This document shows positions 46,646-55,891 of a DNA stretch of 64,000 nucleotides, in pieces (the stretch's first letter is position 1; the number at the start of each line of letters is the position of its first letter). The stretch spans positions 1,856,001 to 1,920,000 of the forward strand of contig CBDAOB010000005.1 in assembly GCA_965197905.1 (NCBI GenBank), written 5' to 3'. The notes beneath the pieces are model-generated. The model was not told the DNA's origin. It saw nothing but the letters and a program-made list of their open reading frames with translations, and made no database searches. The stretch is from Candidatus Latescibacterota bacterium. GTDB taxonomy: Bacteria; Latescibacterota; UBA2968; UBA8231. The position numbers and the translations under genes were made by a program.

Positions 46646-47603
46646 AGCGGCTGCGGTGCTGCGGAGTTTGATGCTCGCGATAGGAACACCGAAGATAGTT
46701 GGCGTGACAAACCCAGGCACCACCCCTCAAGACCCGCTCTGATCCATCTACTGGCCCACGAGGATTGGCTGAGGGGCTGCTTCCGTAATATCGTTCCGCG
46801 TACCAGTCGTCGACCCACTCCCAGACGTTACCTGCCATATCGAGAAGCCCGAACGGGCTGCTCGCATCGGGCAGATTCCCGACGGGAGCCGCGCCGCGGA
46901 AACCGTTTCCAAGCACGCTCGCCTTTTGTGCCTCGAACTGATCGCCCCAGGGGTAGGTACCACCCTCCAAACCAGCCGCTGCCTTCTCCCATTCCGCCTC
47001 ACTGGGAAGACGTTTGTTGGCCCACTGACAATAAGCCTTGGCATCGTCCCAACTGACGTTTACCACAGGATGATCGGGGTGTTCTTGCGCCGGCGGCACA
47101 GCGCGGCCGCTGTAGGAAGTCGCGTCGAGGAACGCTTGGAACTGGGCGTTGGTGATGGGACAGCGGTCCATGTAAAACCCATCCAGATGAACCATGTGTA
47201 TCGGACGCTCGTTGAGTTTGCCCCGATTCGATCCCATTGGAAATCCTCCGGCCGGAATCCAGAGTGCAACGCCGCCGTCCATTTCATTGCGAATAGCCAG
47301 CGGAGTATTCTCGTCGACACGGATGCCGAGAGCATGGAGACGATCGGAATGTTCCAGCCACACGCGCTGTAGATCGACCGGTACGCGAGAAACGCTCGAG
47401 CGGGCTAAAACCCGTTGGCGGTCGGAGCCGCCTACGGAAGCAGGTGTCTGACTGAGGGTGAGGGACGGTCGATCCGTCTCCGACATACCCGGAATCATTG
47501 AAAACAGGGGGCCGTCGGAACCGCCTTCGGCCTCGACCGCCTCGGTCTTTTTGCGTTCCGTCTTTGTCGGGTCTTTTTGACCTGAAATGTTCTCGAACAG
47601 CAT
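46620..47603 (-). CDS. FGE-sulfatase (SUMF1/EgtB/PvdO) domain protein with low-complexity N-terminal extension
   Basis: IPAGGFPMG, HPVVNVSW, RLPSEAEWEKAA, GLLDMAGNVWEW, RVLRGGAW. Confidence 0.9.
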   Translation of the reverse strand: MLFENISGQKDPTKTERKKTEAVEAEGGSDGPLFSMIPGMSETDRPSLTLSQTPASVGGSDRQRVLARSSVSRVPVDLQRVWLEHSDRLHALGIRVDENTPLAIRNEMDGGVALWIPAGGFPMGSNRGKLNERPIHMVHLDGFYMDRCPITNAQFQAFLDATSYSGRAVPPAQEHPDHPVVNVSWDDAKAYCQWANKRLPSEAEWEKAAAGLEGGTYPWGDQFEAQKASVLGNGFRGAAPVGNLPDASSPFGLLDMAGNVWEWVDDWYAERYYGSSPSANPRGPVDGSERVLRGGAWVCHANYLRCSYREHQTPQHRSRFIGVRCSQ

Positions 47604-47662
47604 AACCACCAGAACCGTCGAAATAAGTACTATTCACCTACTAGCAGGAAAAGGCAGCTAAT

Positions 47663-47691
47663 AGGATACGCCAGTGACAAGTTGGTGTCAA
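47663..47691 (-). promoter_or_regulatory. Near-consensus sigma70 promoter for the FGE-domain gene, overlapped by an inverted repeat
   Basis: Minus strand TTGACA, 17 nt spacer, TATCCT; TGACA-N6-TGTCA at 47675-47690. Confidence 0.6.
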
Positions 47692-47803
47692 GTAGTATTT
47701 TGCAATATCAAGTACTGTGCCGGTGCAACTGTTGTCGGCGAGCACAGTTTATACCTTTATTTTATCGGACAATTCTTAAAGATCCCAACGTTGGAGATGC
47801 CAA

Positions 47804-48733
47804 ATGGCGGATGAGCCGATCCCAGACCTGCTCGCGGCGCTATCAAAACTACCCCTGTTTCAAGGCCTCGCGGCCACCCAGGTTGGCAGAGTCATCGCCG
47901 TCGCGGAAGGAAGAAACGTCGCTGCAGGAGAGAAGATCTGCGTCAATGGCACACCGAAGGACGAGATGTTTCTTCTCACCGCCGGCGAACTCGCCATCCT
48001 GAACGGCGAAGGCATGCGGGTGGCGACCATCAATGCCGTAGCAACGGTGGGGGAGCTGTCGGTGATCGCGGGGCAAGCGCATTCGGCAACCATCGCGGTG
48101 GCACAGCCGGGCACCCTCTTGACCATCAAGAAGGGCATCTTTCAACAGATGCTCGACGGCGAACCGGAGCTAAAATCGGCCATTTTGCAGAACGTGATAC
48201 ATATACTCGCTTCTCGACTCATGCAAGAGAATGTTCGTATGCGCGACCACGTGGCCGACAAGAGTTCGCGGGAACATCAGATCAAGGAGTTGCAACAGAA
48301 ACTGACCGTTGTCACCGGGATTCTCGCCGATCGCGGCATCTCGGGCCCCGACCTGGAGGTCGCGATCAAGAAGAAGCTGTCAGGCGGCTCGCCTCGTGTC
48401 CTCGTGGTGGACGACGATCCCGCTATTTGTAGCTTGTTCAAAATTTCCCTGAGGTCTTTTGAAGTGATGACGGCCGAAAACGGCAAGGAAGCCCTGGAAT
48501 TTCTGCAGTCCCAGACCGTGGACCTGGTCATCACTGACATAAAAATGCCCGAGATGGATGGTTTCACGCTGCTCACGCACTTGCGCAACTTGAAGCCCGA
48601 ACTGCCTGTGCTGGCAACCTCGGGTTATGTCGAAGCCGATATGGTTCAGGGTTACGGCTTCACCGACTTCCTGCCGAAACCATCCTCTCCCGAAGAGATT
48701 GTCAATTTGGTTTCAAAATATCTCGAAAACTAG
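47804..48733 (+). CDS. Cyclic nucleotide-binding domain + coiled coil + response regulator receiver protein
   Basis: LPLFQGL..VGELSV..HSATI (cNMP fold); VLVVDDD, DLVITDIKMPEMDG, FLPKP (receiver). Confidence 0.88.
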   Translation: MADEPIPDLLAALSKLPLFQGLAATQVGRVIAVAEGRNVAAGEKICVNGTPKDEMFLLTAGELAILNGEGMRVATINAVATVGELSVIAGQAHSATIAVAQPGTLLTIKKGIFQQMLDGEPELKSAILQNVIHILASRLMQENVRMRDHVADKSSREHQIKELQQKLTVVTGILADRGISGPDLEVAIKKKLSGGSPRVLVVDDDPAICSLFKISLRSFEVMTAENGKEALEFLQSQTVDLVITDIKMPEMDGFTLLTHLRNLKPELPVLATSGYVEADMVQGYGFTDFLPKPSSPEEIVNLVSKYLEN

Positions 48734-48767
48734 CCCCGCCTGGGGTAAGGCTGTTGATCGACCAGGA

Positions 48768-49937
48768 ATGGCACTTCAGATCGCAATGGTAACGTCCGAC
48801 GACCTTTCCGAGTTCAAAGGCGGCACCATTCATCTCCTAGAACAGGCGGAAAATCTGGTTCGCTTGGGACATCGCGTCACCATCTATGCCCCGTCGGTTG
48901 GTCGCCTGCCCAGAGCATACGCCGCCGATATCCGCTACCTGCCGGCACCGTTAAGCGGATGGATTAGACAAGGCATCTTCGATTTCTTTCTCTTCCTGAC
49001 GCTTTTCCTGGCGTGCTTGCGTGGTCGTGTCTCCATCATACACGTGCGCCAGATTGGCTATTCAATTTCCGCGCTGACCGCAGCGAAGCTCTGGAGAATA
49101 CCTCACGTGCTGGAGGTGAATGGCATTCTGCGAGACGAGATGCCCGATCTGTCAAAATCAAGAAGGTTTTGGCTGGATATCTGCGCTCGGTTCAATCTGA
49201 AACGGTCCCACGCCTACACCACAACTACGTCCGAGCACATCGAGAGGCTCGAGGAGCTCTACGACGTGGACCGCAGCAAGGCGACCGTGATCCCCTGCGG
49301 AGTCAACGTCGAGCTGTTTGGACCGGGTGACAAAAACGCCGCGCGACGTGAGCTAGCCATCCCCCAGGATGATTTCGTGCTCATTCGCGTGGGCTCCCTC
49401 TACAGCTGGGGTGGCGTCGATCGATTGCTGGCGGGACTGGGTCGACTCGGGGGCAGAATCGAAAACTGGCGCCTAATGCTGGTTGGTGACGGAGCCGAAC
49501 GTCAAGCCCTGGAGGCGTACGCCAAGAAGCTGAACATCGCGGAGATGGTCGGCTTTGTCGGATTCGTCGACTACGCGCTCGTTCCCCAGTATCTGGTTGC
49601 CAGCGATGTAGGTGTCGTGTTCTACACGCCGACCCGCTCGGTACCTGGGGACCCGATGAAAATCTATGAGTACATGGCCTGCGGATTACCAGTCTTGGCC
49701 AGCAGTTTTCCGCGCTACGGCGATCTGGTGCTCGACGCCGGCGCCGGGCTCGTTGTCGATTCGGAAGATCCTCTGGCCCTGGCGGATGCTGTTGTCCAAA
49801 TGGCCACCGCCCCGGAGAAGCGGCGGGCGTTCGGTGAGGCCGGCGTGAGAGCGGCCGCCGACCATTCGTGGTTAGCTCGAACCCGGGTGCTCGAAACCGT
49901 CCTCCTGCAACAGATCGGAGACGATGGTGACGGTTAG
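48768..49937 (+). CDS. Glycosyltransferase family 4
   Basis: GT-B fold, PCGVN, VGDG, PMKIYEYMACGLP; start at ATG 48768. Confidence 0.9.
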   Translation: MALQIAMVTSDDLSEFKGGTIHLLEQAENLVRLGHRVTIYAPSVGRLPRAYAADIRYLPAPLSGWIRQGIFDFFLFLTLFLACLRGRVSIIHVRQIGYSISALTAAKLWRIPHVLEVNGILRDEMPDLSKSRRFWLDICARFNLKRSHAYTTTTSEHIERLEELYDVDRSKATVIPCGVNVELFGPGDKNAARRELAIPQDDFVLIRVGSLYSWGGVDRLLAGLGRLGGRIENWRLMLVGDGAERQALEAYAKKLNIAEMVGFVGFVDYALVPQYLVASDVGVVFYTPTRSVPGDPMKIYEYMACGLPVLASSFPRYGDLVLDAGAGLVVDSEDPLALADAVVQMATAPEKRRAFGEAGVRAAADHSWLARTRVLETVLLQQIGDDGDG

Positions 49938-50802
49938 GGGCAGCCTCGTAATACCTTCCCTGAATCGGGCTGATTTCCTCGTGGAAACGGTGCAATCATT
50001 CCTCGAGTTGAGGCACCCCGACTGGGAAATTCTCGTCGTGGACCAAAGCGACGAGAAGTCACTATCGCTGGTGGAATTGGCGGGAGCGAATGACTGCCTT
50101 TCCTACTATCATATAACCGCAAAGGGGTTACCCAACGCTCGCAATGTAGGAATCGACAAAGCCGCCGGTGAAATAGTCGCTTTTGTCGACGATGATGTGA
50201 TCCCGGGTCCGGAATTTCTGACCACACACCTTGAGGCGTATGGGGACCGAACCATTGGCGGCATATCCGGACGGATCATCGACCCAACGGGACATCCAAT
50301 AAGATTTCCCAAACCGAACCAGATAGGGAAGGTGCGAACGATCGACGGCCGACTCAAAACCAACTTTCACGGGATTACAGAGGTGGATGTAGAGCACGCG
50401 CGGGGATGCAACATGTCGTTTCGGCGTCACCTGCTCGTGGAAATAGGAGGTTTCGATTTGCGGTACGGAGGTACCTCCGTTCTCGAGGATGCGGATACGT
50501 CAGCCCAAATCCGTCAACTCGGGTACCGCATGAGATTCTTTCCGCAGGCTGTCGTGACCCATCTCCGACTGGTCAGTGGAGGTTGCCGGTCGCCGAACCA
50601 GCGAAGCTACTTCTATTGGTACGGTCACAACTACCTCCTGTACGCACTGAAAAATCTGCCACGGATCTGGCTACCCATATTCCTCGCCGAACGTGTGGCC
50701 ATTCTTCTGTCGACGGCCATCTCAAATCGAGACCGTGAGATCGTAGCCGAAGGTCTTCGAGGTTTGCGCATGGGTTATCAAAACTTCCAGTCGGGCGTCT
50801 GA
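49924..50802 (+). CDS. Glycosyltransferase family 2
   Basis: VIPSLNR, VVDQ, ARNVG, FVDDD, GCNMSFR, ED. Confidence 0.92.
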   Translation: MVTVRGSLVIPSLNRADFLVETVQSFLELRHPDWEILVVDQSDEKSLSLVELAGANDCLSYYHITAKGLPNARNVGIDKAAGEIVAFVDDDVIPGPEFLTTHLEAYGDRTIGGISGRIIDPTGHPIRFPKPNQIGKVRTIDGRLKTNFHGITEVDVEHARGCNMSFRRHLLVEIGGFDLRYGGTSVLEDADTSAQIRQLGYRMRFFPQAVVTHLRLVSGGCRSPNQRSYFYWYGHNYLLYALKNLPRIWLPIFLAERVAILLSTAISNRDREIVAEGLRGLRMGYQNFQSGV

Positions 50803-50839
50803 AATTCTCAGTCGCTCAACCGAGCGCCTCGGTGCCAGG

Positions 50840-52159
50840 TTACGCCTCTTTCCATACGGCTCGCCACATCAGGATCGCCCAGCATATGTAATAGAGCAGG
50901 TAAGACCAGGCCGCCCCCGGGAGTCCGAACTGTCGCAACGAGGGCACCAACACAACGAAATAGACTATCGTTGCCACCAAGAGGATCTTGAAGGATTCGC
51001 CGGACCGACCCATAGACAACATCACCGATTGATAGGCAAAGGAGGACATGGCGATCGCCACTGCAACGAGGTAGATGATCGCCGTCTCGTAGGCTGCGAC
51101 GTACTGGCTTCCAAAGCTGTAGTGAATGCCCAGATCACCCACTGCTGCGAAAGCGATGAGTGCTAAAACGGCGGGGACCATCCCCATCCAGATCGAGCTC
51201 CTTACCAGATGCCGGAACTCGTCCAATTGCTGCGTTGCCCACTTCTTGGCCAACTCGGGGTAAATAGCCTGAGACAAAGGCGCCACGGTTCGAATCAGAA
51301 TGCCGGTAATCTGTTTTACGACCTTGAACAATCCTGCCGCCGGAGCGCCCAGTATTCCCGCTACCACCAACAGATCGAACTCATTGGTCGACATGCGAAC
51401 TGTGCTATGACAGTTGGTAGTTAACACGAAACGCAGCAGTCCGGGGTTCTCCCTGAACACTTCTTTGCACCCTTCTGATTGCTCTGCAACGAGATCCTGC
51501 TCTCGATAGACCTTCCATCCCAAAAACAGTTTCGTCAGGAAACCCACGATGTCCGTGGCCATCCAGATGCCAAGAAAAAAGGGAAATCCGAGGTCGTAAG
51601 CGACGGCGATGGCAACCCCGGCCAACCTGACAACCCCGGTTATTCCGCTTTGGAACGCTAGGAGCTTGAATCTGTCGGCGAGCCGAATGATCGCCGTGGG
51701 CACTCCCGCGATATTAAAGAGTATGACGATGCTGTAGAGCCGGGCAAGATCTACGGTCTCTCTCCCCCAGTCCTGCCAATCGCCGACCCATTGGGCAGCG
51801 ATTACTGAAACGAGACACCCCAGAACAGCCGTAGACAGATCGAGGTAGATGCCGACCTTGAACAGCCCCTTCAAGCCCCTTTTGTTGCTCGCCTCGAAAT
51901 GAGCGGCCCCGTATTTCACCAATGCTTGCCAGGATTGGAAATTGATCAATAGATCTACCGCAAAAACGTAGGTCTGAATCAGGACCAGAGTCCCGAACAG
52001 TTCGGGTCCTAAAGCGCGCGCGGCGATCACTATGGAGAGAAAACCAAACAGATCCCCGACCAGGCGTCCGCTCAAGAGATACCCAGCATTCGTGAGGAGA
52101 CGGCGAATCAAGTTGGTCTCGCCCTTTTCCCCATCGAGTGAGGAATGTTCGGCACTCAT
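50840..52159 (-). CDS. Wzx-like oligosaccharide flippase
   Basis: Multi-TM, NAGYLL..ARALGPELFG, IYPELA; located within a polysaccharide locus. Confidence 0.85.
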   Translation of the reverse strand: MSAEHSSLDGEKGETNLIRRLLTNAGYLLSGRLVGDLFGFLSIVIAARALGPELFGTLVLIQTYVFAVDLLINFQSWQALVKYGAAHFEASNKRGLKGLFKVGIYLDLSTAVLGCLVSVIAAQWVGDWQDWGRETVDLARLYSIVILFNIAGVPTAIIRLADRFKLLAFQSGITGVVRLAGVAIAVAYDLGFPFFLGIWMATDIVGFLTKLFLGWKVYREQDLVAEQSEGCKEVFRENPGLLRFVLTTNCHSTVRMSTNEFDLLVVAGILGAPAAGLFKVVKQITGILIRTVAPLSQAIYPELAKKWATQQLDEFRHLVRSSIWMGMVPAVLALIAFAAVGDLGIHYSFGSQYVAAYETAIIYLVAVAIAMSSFAYQSVMLSMGRSGESFKILLVATIVYFVVLVPSLRQFGLPGAAWSYLLYYICWAILMWRAVWKEA

Positions 52160-52175
52160 GAGGAAGACTGAAAAA

Positions 52176-53411
52176 TCAGTTGTTGAGCCTGTAGAGCGGC
52201 CTCCCGTCGTCTTCGTGACCGATGAGAGCGGCATCCGCGAAACTGGAGTTGTCGAGAATAAAGCTCAGAAACTCCGACTCTTCGGGATTCCAATAAGCCT
52301 GAGACATCTGCGGCTCACCCGGGGTGTGCGGCATGAAAAACATTTCGCGTGAGTTGAGTCGGCGCAACAGCTTTTTCAATTTTTTCAAACCGGTTTCCGT
52401 CTTGACGAAGTGGTGGAAGATCGACAACGCCAAAACCACCTCGTAGTCGCGATCCTCGCGCTCGACGAAATCGAATATGGAACAGTTTTCAATCTGAAAA
52501 GACCTTCGTGACGCTCGTTTTATCTTCCTCAGGAAATAGAAATTTCGAGGGGATGCCTCGACCCCGGTAGCACGGTACCCCAGGAGTTCAAACTGATGGC
52601 AGAAGTACCCCCAGTGACATCCTATATCCAGCATCCCTCCTCTATCGGAGAGAAGGTTGCGACGGATGAGCTCGAATCGTTTGTGGCCGTGTTGGGCCCC
52701 AATGGATTCAAGATCGGGATGGAGTATCGGTGCGTAGACCTGCCCGCGGTTCCTCATCGCGTATCGCACAATCTCGCGCTTGAAGCGGGCCCATTGGCGA
52801 TGTCTGGTTCCGATCGCAATCACAACCCGATCGAGCTTGTGAATCTTGGCGAAGGTCAGGCGGTGGCGTCCGTCGCAAAACAGCAGATCGCCATCGCGGC
52901 CGATATCTACTCTGATCTGATCGCCGCTGTTATTGGGTATGAAACCTAACTCACGCATGCTCCGAGAGAGTTCCTGGAGGTATTCGAGGCGCCGGTCCAA
53001 CTGTTCCTGGGAACGGCAACCCCATTTCTCTTTTCCCGCACGAATATCCCCGAGAACCCTCTGGTAGTACGGCGTCTCTACCCAGGTCCGTGTGTTTCGC
53101 TCTACGGCGACGAAGGACTGGTAGAAATCGAAATGTTCGAAGGGAAAGCTGAGTTCGTCCCAATCCCCACCCATCACACTACCAATCCTCCACCATCCGT
53201 TGGGACGGTGGCTGGCGAATTCAATGTCGTCCGGCGAGACCCAAATCAAGCGGAATTCGATGGCAGATCTATCAATTTCGTAGATGCCGTGCACGGTCAG
53301 GGCGCGTCGCAGCCAGTGCACCACGTAAACGAACCCTTTTAGCGGATTCCGAATGCGACTTTGGAACCGAAACGCGAGCCCTTGGCGAATGCGACGAATC
53401 AATGCGTTCAT
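52176..53411 (-). CDS. ParB/Srx-like domain fused to a class I SAM-dependent methyltransferase
   Basis: N-half GGDWD..IRVDIGRDGDLLFCDGRHRL; C-half LDIGCHWGYF, GVE, VLALSIFHH. Confidence 0.75.
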   Translation of the reverse strand: MNALIRRIRQGLAFRFQSRIRNPLKGFVYVVHWLRRALTVHGIYEIDRSAIEFRLIWVSPDDIEFASHRPNGWWRIGSVMGGDWDELSFPFEHFDFYQSFVAVERNTRTWVETPYYQRVLGDIRAGKEKWGCRSQEQLDRRLEYLQELSRSMRELGFIPNNSGDQIRVDIGRDGDLLFCDGRHRLTFAKIHKLDRVVIAIGTRHRQWARFKREIVRYAMRNRGQVYAPILHPDLESIGAQHGHKRFELIRRNLLSDRGGMLDIGCHWGYFCHQFELLGYRATGVEASPRNFYFLRKIKRASRRSFQIENCSIFDFVEREDRDYEVVLALSIFHHFVKTETGLKKLKKLLRRLNSREMFFMPHTPGEPQMSQAYWNPEESEFLSFILDNSSFADAALIGHEDDGRPLYRLNN

Positions 53412-53640
53412 TCAAACTTGCTCCATGACAACCAGAGCTTTCGACTCGCTCTCCACTCGATCAATCACCTGTTCCCACGAATAATTTTTCCTGGCGTCGG
53501 CGGATCTGGAGCGATCGCAGGTTCAGAAAACTCTCCAGAGAGTACGTCAACCGCGATGAGAACGTTCACATCTCAGTTGGGCGTTTTGGGGTTCCGAACG
53601 CAGGCCGAGAAACCGCCGAAAGGGCGCCGGCGGCAGTTCA

Positions 53641-53656
53641 TAGCGGGGCCCCGCTA
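53641..53656. repeat. Perfect 16-bp palindrome
   Basis: TAGCGGGGCCCCGCTA equals its own reverse complement and includes the stop codon of the WecA-like gene. Confidence 0.8.
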
Positions 53657-54832
53657 ACCGCGAGATTCCGATTCACGTACGTTCTTTTCTATCTCGGCGT
53701 ATTTACGACGCACGAACAACATAAAGAAACTGAGCAACACGAATACGATGATGGATTGAGCCACCTGAGCAAGGGCAATAAAACCGGTGGCGTTCTTCAA
53801 TGCCATTGCCGACAGACCCAGCCATATGGTCACGAAGTAGATCACGATGACCGACCCGACGCGGCCAATCTGGAGATCCTCCAGTCGATGGTGGATGTGG
53901 TCGGTGCCGGTAAATTCGATCCACTGCCTCAACGTGCGTACCTGACCGCTCCTGACGCGCATGATTGTGGTGAAGCTCATATCGAAAATCGGGACCCCAA
54001 GTATGAGAATCGGCACGATCAAACGGACCATGTGATCCCCCGCCCAGTCACCCATCACGGCGATCGCTGCGACCATGAATCCCAGAAAGGTGCTTCCCGC
54101 GTCTCCCAAGAATACATGTGCCGGTTTCCTCATGCGAAAATTGTAGGGCAGGAACCCGAGGCATGCCCCTAGGAGGGGGATAGAAAGATAGACCATAAAC
54201 GTCTGGCCGTTCTGCAGGGCGACGAGACCGAAAAATACTATCATTATGGCACACGAACCCGCAGCGAGGCCGTCGAATCCGTCCATGAAATTTATTGCAT
54301 TCGTAATCCCAATAACCCAAACTGCCGTCAACACCCACTCGCTGGCGGTGCCCCAGAAACCGTCGGGCAAAAAACTGATTACGACGCCGTATTTAATGAG
54401 AATTCCGACAGCGATAACCTGGATCAAGAGCTTCAATGACGCGGGTAAATCGCGGATATCATCTAGCAGCCCGGTCGCGACGATCAAGGTTCCCGCGAGA
54501 GCAACCCCTTTCATTTCGAGACTGAAGTCGAAATTGCGCAGAACCGTGAGCGCAAACGCGCCGTAAATCGCCACCCCTCCCATCAAAGCCGTCGCCGCGT
54601 GATGCTCCTTACGGTCACCCGGAACGTCGAGAACATTGAAACGGTGAGCGACCAGAATCAGGATTGGCGTACCCACGTACGCAGCGCAGAAGGCCAACAA
54701 CAAAAGATAAGCCCACCGCAAACCAGAGTCGTTCAGGAGATTCTGAGCTTCATCGCTTAGCAGGAAGATGACCACCAGAAGAATGATGATCTTGTCTACG
54801 TTGAACAGACTGGGAACGTTGGCCTTGCTCAT
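53654..54832 (-). CDS. MraY/WecA family undecaprenyl-phosphate HexNAc-1-phosphate transferase
   Basis: RKEH..MGG, GLLDD, NAINFMDGFDGL, FLGDAGS, DHIHHRL. Confidence 0.92.
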   Translation of the reverse strand: MSKANVPSLFNVDKIIILLVVIFLLSDEAQNLLNDSGLRWAYLLLLAFCAAYVGTPILILVAHRFNVLDVPGDRKEHHAATALMGGVAIYGAFALTVLRNFDFSLEMKGVALAGTLIVATGLLDDIRDLPASLKLLIQVIAVGILIKYGVVISFLPDGFWGTASEWVLTAVWVIGITNAINFMDGFDGLAAGSCAIMIVFFGLVALQNGQTFMVYLSIPLLGACLGFLPYNFRMRKPAHVFLGDAGSTFLGFMVAAIAVMGDWAGDHMVRLIVPILILGVPIFDMSFTTIMRVRSGQVRTLRQWIEFTGTDHIHHRLEDLQIGRVGSVIVIYFVTIWLGLSAMALKNATGFIALAQVAQSIIVFVLLSFFMLFVRRKYAEIEKNVRESESRG

Positions 54833-54835
54833 GTA

Positions 54836-55891
54836 CTAAGCACCCGTGGTGACCTGTGCCACCGCTTCGACAACCCGTTCGATCTCTGCCTTCTCGAGGG
54901 AGGGGTACAAGGGCAATGAGACGTTGTGCCGGTGCGCGACCGCGGTTGCGGGGAAGTTGGCGTCGGAGTAACCCAGCTCGTTGTGCAAGGGCCGAAAGAC
55001 TGGGCGCCGAACCTGTACATCTCTCTGCTCCATCTCCCGAACAAAATGCTTCGCATCCTTCCTCCCCTGAATTACGTAGCGAAAGTATATGTGTTCGTCG
55101 TTTTCCGGTAGTCTCAGGTCAAGTTGTCGCAGGCGTCGGTGGTATACTGCTGCAATCTCCCGTCTGCGGTCTACGAACTCGGGCAATCTACGCAACTGGG
55201 CCCTGCCTACAGCAGCTGCGAGATCGGTCATCTTGTAGTTGTAACGAATCTCGTTGGCTGGAAGTGAGTCGTACTCCCTGACGGCACGTGCCTGTTCAGC
55301 CACTGCTTGATCGTCGGCCAGCAACATGCCCCCTTCACCACCGCTGCAGATCACCTTGGTGGCAAAGAACGAGCAAATCGATATTTCTCCAAACGATCCA
55401 ACCGGTCTCCCCTTCGAGGTCGCACCAATCGCCATGGCGCAATCTTCGATAATCGCCATTCCCTTGCCCACAAATGCCGGCATGCCGGCGGGCAGGCCAA
55501 ACATATGTGGCACGATCGCGGCGCGAGTAGCGGGGCTTTCACGGCGCGCCGCGTCGCAACTGTCGAGGTTTAACGTGTTGGCGTCGATATCGCAGACGAC
55601 GGGCCGGGCACCAGAAGCTCGCGTGGCGTGCAACAGTGCTGAACACACATAGCTAGGAAATATAACTTCAGAATCACCGCGAGCCTCGAGCACTGTTAAG
55701 GCCAGATGTAACGCCGCAGTACCGGAGGAAACCGCGATCGCATGGCGGCGGCCGACAAGCTCGGCGACCTCGTCTTCGAAAGCCCGCGTCTCGACACCCT
55801 GGGACAGTTGCCCTGACAAAACAACTCGGCGCGCTGCTTCTGCTTCTTCTGCTCCCAGCGTCGGACGTGAATGCGGGACCGTGCGATTCAT
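54836..55891 (-). CDS. DegT/DnrJ/EryC1/StrS aminotransferase
   Basis: SSGTAALHLAL, IEDCA, SFFATK, GEGG, YNYKM, LPLYP; ATG 55891 overlaps the upstream stop. Confidence 0.9.
   Translation of the reverse strand: MNRTVPHSRPTLGAEEAEAARRVVLSGQLSQGVETRAFEDEVAELVGRRHAIAVSSGTAALHLALTVLEARGDSEVIFPSYVCSALLHATRASGARPVVCDIDANTLNLDSCDAARRESPATRAAIVPHMFGLPAGMPAFVGKGMAIIEDCAMAIGATSKGRPVGSFGEISICSFFATKVICSGGEGGMLLADDQAVAEQARAVREYDSLPANEIRYNYKMTDLAAAVGRAQLRRLPEFVDRRREIAAVYHRRLRQLDLRLPENDEHIYFRYVIQGRKDAKHFVREMEQRDVQVRRPVFRPLHNELGYSDANFPATAVAHRHNVSLPLYPSLEKAEIERVVEAVAQVTTGA

Noticed and set aside
52176..53411. ParB-like + methyltransferase as a DNA modification, defence or partition gene
   Set aside because: No DNA-methyltransferase catalytic motif (DPPY/NPPY/PCQ), HTH, ParA or nuclease seen; the context is glycan biosynthesis.
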